A DNA stretch of 64,000 nt from Candidatus Poribacteria bacterium (GTDB lineage Bacteria; Poribacteria; WGA-4E; PCPOR2b): NCBI GenBank assembly GCA_965208675.1, contig OZ242351.1, positions 4,448,001-4,512,000 of the forward strand, in the 5' to 3' direction. Of this stretch, positions 38,496-47,877 are shown one piece after another. The first letter of the stretch is position 1. The number at the start of each line of letters is the position of its first letter. A program made the position numbers and the translations under genes. The notes below the pieces were generated by a model. It did no database searches. It was not told the DNA's origin and saw only the letters and a list, made by a program, of their open reading frames with translations.

Positions 38496-39631
38496 GTCCG
38501 CTGCGGATTTTAGTCCTATCCCATTCTTATATCATGAAGCCGTATCGCCGGAAATTCGCTTTAATTGGCGAGAACCCGGACGTTGAAATACGCGTGGTCA
38601 CGCCTAGCCGCTGGTACGAAAGTTTCCAAGAAATTGTATTCCAACCCGATTCAAAAACGTGTTGCGGCGAATTTTCGCACCCCGTCCGGTTTTCAGGTTA
38701 CAGCAGTCGTTTTTTCTATCGCCACGGCTTAAAAAGACATTTCCAAGAGTTTCAACCCCACATTATTCACCTTGAAGAAGAAGCTTGGAGCCTGAACGCA
38801 CTCCAAACCTTACATCTCAGACAGAAATATTGCCCGCAGAGCCGCTTCATTTTTCGGTCTTCATTAAGTATTCCGACCAAACAGCGGTTTGGATTCCTAC
38901 CAATCTGGATTGAACGGCGCAGTTTTCGGGAGGCTGTCGCCGCATTGCCATTAAGCCAAAATGCTGCACAAATCTTGAGGCAACGCGGTTACGGTGGAAA
39001 ATTAATTCCTATATCAAACGGTGTAGACCTTCGCCTTTTTCGCAAAATGGAGATGAGTCATCTCCAAGCGCAGCTCGAACTAAAAAGTGGTTTGGTAATC
39101 GGCTACATTGGCCGTCTATTGTATATGAAGGGTCTTGATACACTTCTTCAGGCGGCCGCGGCTCTTGAGACGGATTACCAACTATTGATTGTCGGGCAAG
39201 GTGAATACAAGCCGGATTTAGTTTCGTTAGCCGATTCACTCGGCATAGCGGATCGGGTGGTTTGGGTAGACGGCGTGCCGCCTGAAAATGTCCCGGAATA
39301 TATTAACTGTATGGATGCACTTGTTTTACCTTCACGAACGACGCCGGGCTGGGTTGAGTTTTTCGGCCGGGTGCTCATTGAGGGGATGGCGTGTGAAGTA
39401 CCGGTGATTGGGTCCGATTCCGGCGAAATCCCCAACGTCATCGGTGATGCCGGTCTAATCTTCCAAGAGGGAGATGCACAGGCATTGGCGAATCAAATCA
39501 CCGTGATTGCATCGGACGAGTCGATTCGTGCGCAGTGTGTCCAGCGCGGATTAGAGCGTGTTAAGAGATTCATGTGGGAAACCGTTGCTCAGGAGACTTA
39601 TGGGGTTTACCGTGACCTTGAGCCGGCGTAG
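38492..39631 (+). CDS. Glycosyltransferase family 4
   Basis: IGYIGRL..KG, EFFGRVLIEGMACEVPVIGSDSG. ATGA overlap with the upstream gene. Confidence 0.92.
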   Translation: MSPLRILVLSHSYIMKPYRRKFALIGENPDVEIRVVTPSRWYESFQEIVFQPDSKTCCGEFSHPVRFSGYSSRFFYRHGLKRHFQEFQPHIIHLEEEAWSLNALQTLHLRQKYCPQSRFIFRSSLSIPTKQRFGFLPIWIERRSFREAVAALPLSQNAAQILRQRGYGGKLIPISNGVDLRLFRKMEMSHLQAQLELKSGLVIGYIGRLLYMKGLDTLLQAAAALETDYQLLIVGQGEYKPDLVSLADSLGIADRVVWVDGVPPENVPEYINCMDALVLPSRTTPGWVEFFGRVLIEGMACEVPVIGSDSGEIPNVIGDAGLIFQEGDAQALANQITVIASDESIRAQCVQRGLERVKRFMWETVAQETYGVYRDLEPA

Positions 39632-39698
39632 CGAATTTCAGTCAAAATCCCCGCCCTAACGCATTGAACGTTGATGGAACGGCCGAGGTTGCTAATGC

Positions 39699-40862
39699 AT
39701 GGCAAATGCCGCGCCTTCCTTTATCTTTCGAAAAACCGATAAGCCGTTGAAGGATTACGACATGGGAGATGCGTACTTTGGCGAAAAACGCCCGTTCCAA
39801 TACCTCACTTTCTACGTTAGGTTAATCCCTCCAAGGGGCGCCCACGTGACGCGCCATGCGTGTTACGCGTCGCGTTTCATGTTTTACGCGCTTGCCAGTT
39901 TATTCCTCGCCGTTAGTCTCGATTCTGTGGCACGCAGTTCCGCAGATACCAGATCTCCACAAAGCCAAAAACCAATTGATTATGTTGTTGCCGTGGTAAA
40001 TGATTGGGCAATCACGTTGAGTGCACTGGAAAATGAACTGATCATTAGACAGATTCGAGAGTCATCGGACAAGGTGAATCGAGCGCGGTTATTGAAAAAT
40101 CTCATCGAACAAAATCTGTTGTTGCAGGAGGCGGAACGATGGGGAATTCCACTAGCACGTTGGAAAGATAAGGTCAATGCAGAGGTCGAGGATATCAAAT
40201 CCAAATACGACTCGGAATCACTGTTCTTTCACGAACTTGACGAAAGCGGGCTGGAGTACAAAGATTTGGAGGAGTGGATTAAATCGCGGTTAATCTTGAA
40301 TGAGCTGATAGTCCGCCGATTCCATAGCAAGATTGATAAGGAGGCTATTGAACAAGGTGCGATTCAAAATTTCAAGCAAAACCAGTTCTTTCAATTCCAA
40401 TATATCATAGTATTCTCAAGTCCTGAAGATTCGCTTGACCGGCAAGCCCAAACGAAGCAAATCGCGGAGAAAATTTACGCGCGGTTGCAAGCGGGCGCGG
40501 CGTTTGACGACATTCAGCAATCCTACGAATCTGCGCCCAATGTTAAGGTGGAATACGAACCCCAAATCATTGCCGCTGACACGAAGTTGGGGCGAACCAT
40601 TGCAAAACTAGGGAACAATGAACTGAGCCACCCCATTTTAACCCCGGAAGGCTACTTAATCTGCAAATTGATGGACGAAACGTCGCCATATTGGAAAACA
40701 GATGAAGCGGCTATTGAAGATATAAAAATTACGATGATTCAGAAGGAAGAGAGAACGCTAGTTGACGCGTGGTTAAAGCCGCAGTGGGAAACTGGGGATA
40801 TTCGTATCTTAGATCCCGAACTGGCACATATACACACAACCGAATACCAACCAGAGCCTTAA
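39699..40862 (+). CDS. SurA/PrsA-like periplasmic chaperone (true start possibly 39879)
   Basis: IDYVVAVVND.AIT, LIEQNLLLQEAERWGI, degenerate parvulin region (SHPILTPEGY). Confidence 0.7.
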   Translation: MANAAPSFIFRKTDKPLKDYDMGDAYFGEKRPFQYLTFYVRLIPPRGAHVTRHACYASRFMFYALASLFLAVSLDSVARSSADTRSPQSQKPIDYVVAVVNDWAITLSALENELIIRQIRESSDKVNRARLLKNLIEQNLLLQEAERWGIPLARWKDKVNAEVEDIKSKYDSESLFFHELDESGLEYKDLEEWIKSRLILNELIVRRFHSKIDKEAIEQGAIQNFKQNQFFQFQYIIVFSSPEDSLDRQAQTKQIAEKIYARLQAGAAFDDIQQSYESAPNVKVEYEPQIIAADTKLGRTIAKLGNNELSHPILTPEGYLICKLMDETSPYWKTDEAAIEDIKITMIQKEERTLVDAWLKPQWETGDIRILDPELAHIHTTEYQPEP

Positions 40863-41033
40863 TCTGAGGCGTGTGAACTCAACTCAAATCCTTCGTTCCA
40901 GCATGTTGGTTTGGCTAGTAAATGACGGATTCATTCCTAAATTTGTAAACTTAGGTTTTCGAAGCTTGTAGATTTATGTTGTGCTTCGCTGTAAACGTCT
41001 ATTAACCCATAACGTGAAAGGAAAATCAATACC

Positions 41034-41465
41034 ATGATTTTGACGTTTTTGAATAAACATAGACACATTGGGCTTCTAATTCTACGTATCGGACTTGGGT
41101 GCATGTTCCTCATTCACGGCGGTCCCAAACTGTTTGGCGGACCTGAGAAATGGGAAAAAATCGGTATGGCAATGAATTACCTTGGCATTGGGTTCATACC
41201 GGTGTTTTGGGGGTTCATGGCTGCGATTTCAGAGTTCGTTGGGGGCGCCTGTCTAATCCTCGGTTTATTTTTCAGGCCGGCGTGTATCCTTTTGACGATT
41301 ACCATGTTGGTCGCTGTCATCTTTCATCTAGGCCGAGGCGATGGTTTTTCGGGAGCCGCCCACCCCATTGAAGTTGGCATCGTTTTTCTGAGTTTAATCC
41401 TGATTGGGGCAGGAAAATATAGCCTTGACGAAAGACTCAACCCGCACCAAAGCGAGGATAGCTAG
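41034..41465 (+). CDS. DoxX family membrane protein
   Basis: LLILRIGLG..HGGPKL, EFVGG, GAGKYSLD. Confidence 0.9.
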   Translation: MILTFLNKHRHIGLLILRIGLGCMFLIHGGPKLFGGPEKWEKIGMAMNYLGIGFIPVFWGFMAAISEFVGGACLILGLFFRPACILLTITMLVAVIFHLGRGDGFSGAAHPIEVGIVFLSLILIGAGKYSLDERLNPHQSEDS

Positions 41466-41470
41466 TTTTT

Positions 41471-41720
41471 GTAGGTTGGGTAGAGCGACCAACTGAGCTA
41501 ATAGCGAAGGCGATAGTCTTCAGTTTATTGGGCCGTGTGGAATAAAACAAGGCGTTGTATGGAATTCATGAGTATTTAAAGACCGAAGACTCTCGCCTTC
41601 GCTATTAGCTCAGTTGATTGTTGAGTTTCGCTGCGTCCATCGTATTTTGCGGGCAGTTTGCCTAGCAAAACGGTTTGATATAATGAACAATTTCCAATGT
41701 ACGCGCTCTACCCAACCTAA
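41471..41720 (+). repeat. Composite GTAG-type REP/MITE-like element A
   Basis: Outer inverted repeat TAGGTTGGGTAGAGCG/CGCTCTACCCAACCTA; inner inverted repeat of about 35 bp (41490-41526 vs 41578-41616); 41625-41719 recurs at 45046-45140. Confidence 0.85.
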
Positions 41721-41771
41721 AAAGCTGAAAACTACCCCCTTCGCTATATGCTCAATTGGTCGTATTGAAAC

Positions 41772-42383
41772 ATGGATTCGCAAGTAAGCCTCAACCCACA
41801 GGAAGTTCATGGAAATTGGCGGGCAGGATACGCCTTGGATTATCACACGGTATCAAGTCGTTTCTTGTCCGATGGGACATATGACACAGAATGCACTGAA
41901 ATTGGTGAATTGGTCTACCAAGTAAAATATTGTGCTGATCGGAGCAAGATTCAACCTATTGCAGAAATTGCCGCTAAATTTGTCAAAGAAGAATTTGCTG
42001 TTAATGGCTACCCTATTCTCCCCTACCTCAATGCAGTCATTCCTACGCCACCTTCAGATACAACACGCAAATTTCAACCCGTAACTGAAATTGCGGCGGA
42101 AATAGGGCGAATTTTGGACATATCAGTGATCTCAGATTATTTAATCACGATAAAAGACATTATTCCTGTTAAGAATCTTGAAGAGGAAGAAAACAGGCAG
42201 GAACAACTCAAAGGTGCATATAAGGTTGGATTTACGTCATCGGAATATCGCTGTGTTCTGTTGTTTGACGATATCTATCGATCTGGGGTAACATTATCCG
42301 AAGCGACCCATACACTCCGTACGCAGGGCGGTATATCCCGCGTGCTTGTCCTAACGCTTACCAAAACACGGACCAAAAAATGA
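41772..42383 (+). CDS. ComF-like phosphoribosyltransferase-domain protein
   Basis: GNWRAGYALDYHT N-terminus, IGELVYQVKY, PRPP loop VLLFDDIYRSGVTL. Confidence 0.85.
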   Translation: MDSQVSLNPQEVHGNWRAGYALDYHTVSSRFLSDGTYDTECTEIGELVYQVKYCADRSKIQPIAEIAAKFVKEEFAVNGYPILPYLNAVIPTPPSDTTRKFQPVTEIAAEIGRILDISVISDYLITIKDIIPVKNLEEEENRQEQLKGAYKVGFTSSEYRCVLLFDDIYRSGVTLSEATHTLRTQGGISRVLVLTLTKTRTKK

Positions 42384-43339
42384 ACGTCGAGAGAGATTAT
42401 TTCTGGTATCGGCTCTTTAAGACGCGCGGTATCGGTACCAAGTCATTAATCAAGATAGACAAAATTCTCGAAGAAAAAAAACGCACTGCTGAAATCTCTT
42501 CGTGGAACCGTAGCGACCTCTTGATGCAATATCCGGACTTAGCGGAATTCTTTTCTAAAATCTCTGAAGAAGATGAGAACGAGGTGCGTGAAGAGTATGA
42601 GGAACTCAAAAGCAATAGTGTTGAAATTATCTACCCGTCGCACCCCGATTTTCCGCCAATTTCCCTTGAAATTGCACCAATACAATTCATAAAGGGAAAA
42701 CGAACGCTGCTCTCCGCCGATGGGGTTGCAATCGTAGGATCTCGGAATGTGTCAAATACGGGGATTTGCATTGCGGGGAAGATTGCCGCTGAACTCGCGA
42801 ACGAAGCATTAAACGTCGTATCCGGATACGCAAAGGGTGTAGACGCGAAAGCCCACTTAAGTGCGTTAGCCGCGGAGGGAACTACTACTATAGTGCTTCC
42901 CTACGGCATCAAGGAACTGCGTCAGAAAAAAGCGCTGAAAGAGTTTGACTGGCGGCGAGATGTGCTGGCAGTTTCGCAATTTGCACCGGACGCCAAGTGG
43001 CTAGCGCGGAATGCGATGGCTCGAAATATCCTCATTTGTGCACTTTCCAAAGCTGTTGTCGTGATTGAATCGGGACCTGAACGAGACGCCCAAGGTAAGA
43101 TGTCAGGAACTTTCAATACCGCACAAATGGCTCAACGTATGGAATTGCCGCTGTTCGTTATAAATCCGGAATGCTTTGACAATCCCCCGATTGGTAACGC
43201 AAACCTAATTGACCTAGGCGGTGAACGCCTCGATCCAGACGGCGCCGCGGAGACAATTTCCAAACACGTTTTTGGTGAAAAAACGGAATTGTCTCCCGGC
43301 AAAAAGCAGGATTCTCATGTGCAATTAGAGTTCTTGTAG
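42380..43339 (+). CDS. dprA: DprA/SMF-family protein
   Basis: VAIVGSR, VSGYAKGVDAKAH, ARNILICALSKAVVVIE, SGTFNTA. ATGA overlap with the PRTase gene. Confidence 0.88.
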   Translation: MNVERDYFWYRLFKTRGIGTKSLIKIDKILEEKKRTAEISSWNRSDLLMQYPDLAEFFSKISEEDENEVREEYEELKSNSVEIIYPSHPDFPPISLEIAPIQFIKGKRTLLSADGVAIVGSRNVSNTGICIAGKIAAELANEALNVVSGYAKGVDAKAHLSALAAEGTTTIVLPYGIKELRQKKALKEFDWRRDVLAVSQFAPDAKWLARNAMARNILICALSKAVVVIESGPERDAQGKMSGTFNTAQMAQRMELPLFVINPECFDNPPIGNANLIDLGGERLDPDGAAETISKHVFGEKTELSPGKKQDSHVQLEFL

Positions 43340-43497
43340 GTTGGGTAGAACAGGATGGTGGAACAGGCGAAGAAATCTGCAGGCGGTTCGTTATGTAAAG
43401 ATTGTGTGGTAACGTTTACAGCGTAGCGAAACACAACGCTTTTGGAGCGTTCGAATAACCGAATGCCGCGATTCGGAAATCGCTCCTACAAGGGGAG
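43336..43497 (+). repeat. Composite REP element B
   Basis: GTAGGTTGGGTAGAAC-70 nt-CGTAGCGAAACACAAC, then CGAATGCCGCGATTCGGAAATCGCTCCTACAAGGGGAG, which is identical at 45190-45227. Confidence 0.8.
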
Positions 43498-43576
43498 GGT
43501 GAGTTCTAGATTCGCAATGTAACGTCTCTCCGTGTCGTGACATACGAGCGGCGCAAAAGAATCCGGGAAAACAGAG

Positions 43577-44800
43577 TTAATTATCTAGTGGGTTATGATT
43601 CGCTTTTGAGTGCTTCGCAAGCTGTTCTGAATCTATCATCTTGAATTTACCGTTGTTTTGATCCGTCAACGAGACTAACAGTTGAGCTCCCATCGGACGG
43701 TGTAAGTTAATTTCAAGCCCGATGACGTAAATGCTCGCATCGTTCACATTCTTCGCTCGGATGGTCTCAAGGATTATCCTAGAATCTGTTTCAATATAAA
43801 CTTGCGTGTTTTGGCCTGCCGTCGGCACTCCATCGGTGACCAATACGATGACAGAGGTGTCGATTTCAAGGGCTTTTTCAACGGCTGCGAGGAGATTTGT
43901 GCCTTGGTAATTCACGATGCGTTCAGGAGTAAATCGATTGAGGTATTTTGACGCTATTTCAATATTCTCAATCGTCGCGGGCAGCAGCGAATTGCTCATC
44001 AGCGTCGCATTCGCCGAAAACGTAACAATGTTGAAATAGTCGTCGCTGCCAAGCGAAAACATCGATTCTTTAATCGATTCGAGTGCGAGCTCAAGCTTCT
44101 TCAATCCTGCCGCTTGCATGCTTGCAGAGACATCAAGGCAATAGACGATGTTTTGCGGGCCTTCAAACTCGTCAAGAAAGTCAATGATTCCCAATTTATC
44201 GCCGATTCCCGAATTCCCACCCCCGCCAAGCAGTCCATCTTCCGAGTCGCCGTAAGAATCAACTCCGAACATCCCGTTGCGCTGCCCGGGTACGCGCACA
44301 CGTCCCGTGACCTTGCCCTGCCCGTCCACCGGTCCACTGTGGGAAACCAGCCGTTCAAGATTTGATGCTTCAGCGTCACGGAGTTGTGCGTCCGTCATGA
44401 ATTCAGGAATCTTCTCACTTGGCGCTGCCGTGTTGACTTCGATATTTTTGTATACAATCCGTTCACTGAGACGCATGACTTCTCGAATCTTGTTGGGTGA
44501 GGATTCGGCGAGTTTGTTTTTTGCCTCGCGTGCAAGCAGTTCATCGGGTCTGCGGACAGTCTTTTTTAACGGCGGTTTGGTCTTAGGCTGCCGCAGCTTC
44601 GGTTTAGGTACGTCCTTGACCCATTCCACGGCGATGCTATCCTCGTCTTTGACAGGTTTCTGCTGAAGGACAAAAAGATAGATGATTACAGCGATGACGT
44701 GGAAGATTAACGACAGGAGCAGCGCCGAACGTCTCCGAGTTTTGCTGCGCTCAATCTGCTCTTGTCTGGCAGCCAAGGTTGTCGATTGTAACGTTGTCAT
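43577..44800 (-). CDS. Membrane-anchored VWA-domain protein
   Basis: N-terminal TM (LLLSLIFHVIAV), P/K-rich linker, MIDAS DVSAS, GTNL, LVTDG. Confidence 0.85.
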   Translation of the reverse strand: MTTLQSTTLAARQEQIERSKTRRRSALLLSLIFHVIAVIIYLFVLQQKPVKDEDSIAVEWVKDVPKPKLRQPKTKPPLKKTVRRPDELLAREAKNKLAESSPNKIREVMRLSERIVYKNIEVNTAAPSEKIPEFMTDAQLRDAEASNLERLVSHSGPVDGQGKVTGRVRVPGQRNGMFGVDSYGDSEDGLLGGGGNSGIGDKLGIIDFLDEFEGPQNIVYCLDVSASMQAAGLKKLELALESIKESMFSLGSDDYFNIVTFSANATLMSNSLLPATIENIEIASKYLNRFTPERIVNYQGTNLLAAVEKALEIDTSVIVLVTDGVPTAGQNTQVYIETDSRIILETIRAKNVNDASIYVIGLEINLHRPMGAQLLVSLTDQNNGKFKMIDSEQLAKHSKANHNPLDN

Positions 44801-44880
44801 GGTAGCCTCCTCAATTCATCGGGCGAATCCATCAAAGAAACTCTTGAATCTAGCTGGGCATCATCAATACAATTGAATAT

Positions 44881-44896
44881 AGCAATTAATGTGCCA
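44881..44896 (-). promoter_or_regulatory. sigma54 (-24/-12) promoter of the VWA gene
   Basis: Minus strand TGGCAC-ATTAA-TTGCT, 80 nt upstream of the ATG. Confidence 0.7.
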
Positions 44897-45036
44897 TAAG
44901 GAAGTATACGCTACACTTTTCCAGATTGTGCTAGAAAATGAACGAAAAACTGTCATCTATCAGAAACATATAAAGGGAATCCTGTGGTAATCTTGATACA
45001 GAAGCGGCACTAGAATGAGACGCGAATCAATTTCTT

Positions 45037-45227
45037 GTAGGTTGGGTTTCGCTGCGTCCATCGTATTTTGCGGGCAGTTTGCCTAACTAAACGGTCTCAT
45101 ATAATGAACAACTTTCGATGTACCCGCTCTACCCAACCTACAAATGCTCAATCAATCGTTGGGTAGAACGATTGGCCGAATATGTGCCGCGAATGCCGCG
45201 ATTCGGAAATCGCTCCTACAAGGGGAG
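45037..45227 (+). repeat. Composite REP element C
   Basis: GTAGGTTGGGTTTCGCTGCG-68 nt-CGCTCTACCCAACCTAC plus the 38-bp second REP shared with element B. Confidence 0.85.
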
Positions 45228-45631
45228 CAAAAAACTTACCGCCATTTTTCCCTTGACACGCCAACTTACCATTATGTATGATCTGACAAGATTCTGCTAA
45301 AATTCATGAAATTATATAACGGCGAGGCGAGGGCGCTGTATAGTGTCCACCCTCGTTTTTTTTTGCTTGAAAAAACTCAACATGTGTACAACCCGATCGG
45401 TGAAATGCGTCCCAGAAATGGGATCCCCGGTTTTAGGGCACAAAAGGGCACAAAAGGACACATTGCGGCCGGCAATTTAGACGAGCGCTCGACACGCCGC
45501 GAAGCTAGTGTTTAACGAGTTTCTCAAGCCATCGGAGACGCCGAAATCGACAAACATTTTGCCGGTGTAGGAAAGTGTCCTCGACTACCTAATAGCGGTA
45601 GTGGGGACACGAATCTTTAAACGATTTGCGG

Positions 45632-45660
45632 TTGACACTCAAACCCGATACGAATATAAT
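45632..45660 (+). promoter_or_regulatory. Consensus sigma70 promoter of the TRAP operon
   Basis: TTGACA-17 nt-TATAAT. Confidence 0.7.
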
Positions 45661-45745
45661 ATAATGCACGAGCAATGGTGGTATTTCAATTCGCACCGAG
45701 GTTTTTTCAAGCGCTTCATAATGTTAATCGCCTACGGAATTCAAG

Positions 45746-46699
45746 ATGACAAACTTTAGAGTAAATTATCTGTATGTTTTTATTGTTTTCATGTCCTCAA
45801 TAGTGATTGTCGGTTGCAGCACAACCAAATTAACTGTCAACCAAACAGTGAAGGTTTTTGCGAAAGCGTCCAAAACCTACGACAAGGAGGCCGACCTAAT
45901 GCTTGCGGATGCCGGCATCAGGTCAAACCTCAAGACGTTCGAGGGACTGCGGGAGATTGTGCCTGAAAATCAGCGGCTGATGACGCTTACCGCGAGATCG
46001 TTTGCCTCGTATGCGTTTGGCTTTGTTGAAGACAAGATGGAAGCTGCAGCGGCAGTTGGCGACTTTCAAACTGAATCTGAAATGCGTGCGCGCGCAATCG
46101 ATTATTATGGGCGCAGCAAACGCTCCGGTTTAAAGGCTTTGTCGAAAGTGAATTCAAAATTTCCGGAAGCATTGGACGGTGCGCCGGAGAAGTTGGAACG
46201 CGCGTTAAAGGGCTTCAAGAAAAAACACGTGCCGGCGCTTTTCTGGACGGCGTATGCGTGGGGTAGGTCCATAAATCTACAGCAGGACAATCCGATGCTG
46301 CTAGTCGATCTTGCCAACGTAGAGATGATGATGCGCCGCGTCATCGAACTTGATGAATCCTTTTATTTCGGCGGCGCGCATCTGTTTTTCAGCGCTTACT
46401 ACGGCAGCCGTTCACCGCAGTTGGGCGGAAACCCGGAGAAAGTGAAGCAACATCTGCAACAGGTGGACGAAATCAATAATGGCAAGTTTCAGTTTAGCAA
46501 GTTGTTTCTCGCCCGCTATTACGCCTATCCCCTTCAGGATAGGGCACTTTACGAACGGACGCTGCAAGAGATTATTGATGCGCCGGTTGACGTGTTCCCA
46601 GAACATCGAATTTCTACCGCGATTGCTAAAGCGCGCGCCAAGCGTTGGCTTGCCCAGACAGACGATGTGTTCGGTGAAGCAGTTGACCACGATGAGTAA
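45746..46699 (+). CDS. TRAP transporter TatT component lipoprotein
   Basis: Lipobox IVG-C; YAFGFVE, ALFWTAYAWG, GGAHLFF..Y..RSPQLGG; lies directly before dctP. Confidence 0.85.
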   Translation: MTNFRVNYLYVFIVFMSSIVIVGCSTTKLTVNQTVKVFAKASKTYDKEADLMLADAGIRSNLKTFEGLREIVPENQRLMTLTARSFASYAFGFVEDKMEAAAAVGDFQTESEMRARAIDYYGRSKRSGLKALSKVNSKFPEALDGAPEKLERALKGFKKKHVPALFWTAYAWGRSINLQQDNPMLLVDLANVEMMMRRVIELDESFYFGGAHLFFSAYYGSRSPQLGGNPEKVKQHLQQVDEINNGKFQFSKLFLARYYAYPLQDRALYERTLQEIIDAPVDVFPEHRISTAIAKARAKRWLAQTDDVFGEAVDHDE

Positions 46700-46823
46700 C
46701 ATTCAGTGAATTTCAGTGGAGAGTGAATAGTGTCGAGTTGAGAGCGTTGACGCACATTTTACGATTCACGCATGTTTAGCGGCACCTGCTATATATATTA
46801 GGTTTTTGAGATTGGAGATACGT

Positions 46824-47840
46824 ATGACTCGCTTCACACCAATTTGCCTTATTATTTGTATATATGCCAACCTTCTCATTTTACCCGCCGCTAGCGGTGA
46901 AGAAACCATTAAATTGGCAACACTCGCCCCCAAAAACTCGTCGTGGATGAAAATTTTTTATGCCATGGGGAAGGAAATCGAGGAAAAAAGCGGTAGAAAA
47001 GTAAAGATTCGATTTTATCCTGATGGGGTGCAGGGCGATGAGATTGATGTGATTCGTAAAATGCGTGCGGGACTGCTTCATGCCGGTGCGATGACCGATG
47101 TCGGGTTAGGTGAGATTCATAAACCTGTGCTTATTTTTCAGACATTCCGCATGTTTAATAGTTATGCCGAACTCGACTACGTGCGCGATCAACTGCGGGA
47201 CGGACTTGAACAGGCGTTCGATGAGGCGGGTTATGTCCTGTTGGGATGGGGGGATATCGGTTACTACTATATTTTCAGCAATCATCCGATAAAAACTACC
47301 GAGGATCTCCGCCATCCAAACGTCAAGGTGTGGGTACGCACAGGCGATCCGGTCTCGGAACACTTCTACAAGACTATTGATTTCATCGGCGTTCCAGTAT
47401 CAGTGCCGCAGGTGTTGTTATCGTTGCAAACCGGGCAAATCAACGCGCTGCTTGTCTCTCCGTTGGCGTGCGTTGCGCTGCAGTGGTACCCAAAACTGAA
47501 GTACATGTCCGATATGCCAATCAGGATAGGAATCGGCGCTACGCTAATCACAAAAGAGAGATACAATCAATTGCCTGCTGAAGCACAGAAGATACTCCGC
47601 GATACGGCGCTGCAATATCACCAGAAACTCATCCGGCGCGTCCGGGAAGACAACGATAAATCGGTCGAGGCGTTGACAAAGAAGGCGGGAATCCAGATAG
47701 TGAAAGTCAGCGAGGCGGAGCGGGCGGAGTGGAACAGCCGATGCGCCCAAATGCGCGATGAACTTGCGGGAAATATATATCCGCAGGCGCTGCTTGAACA
47801 GGTGGACGCATTATTGGAAGCGTATCGCTCAAGCCATTAA
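46824..47840 (+). CDS. dctP: TRAP transporter substrate-binding protein (DctP/TatP)
   Basis: IKLATLAPKNSSW, GVQGDEIDVIRKMRAG, LQTGQIN. Confidence 0.9.
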   Translation: MTRFTPICLIICIYANLLILPAASGEETIKLATLAPKNSSWMKIFYAMGKEIEEKSGRKVKIRFYPDGVQGDEIDVIRKMRAGLLHAGAMTDVGLGEIHKPVLIFQTFRMFNSYAELDYVRDQLRDGLEQAFDEAGYVLLGWGDIGYYYIFSNHPIKTTEDLRHPNVKVWVRTGDPVSEHFYKTIDFIGVPVSVPQVLLSLQTGQINALLVSPLACVALQWYPKLKYMSDMPIRIGIGATLITKERYNQLPAEAQKILRDTALQYHQKLIRRVREDNDKSVEALTKKAGIQIVKVSEAERAEWNSRCAQMRDELAGNIYPQALLEQVDALLEAYRSSH

Positions 47841-47877
47841 CAGGTTCAACACTAGCCAAGCGGCTGAGATTTTCAGA

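Noticed and set aside
41471-45227. CRISPR array or integron attC cassette array
   Set aside because: Repeats are few, kilobases apart and GTAG-REP-like; no cas or intI gene and no regular repeat-spacer period.
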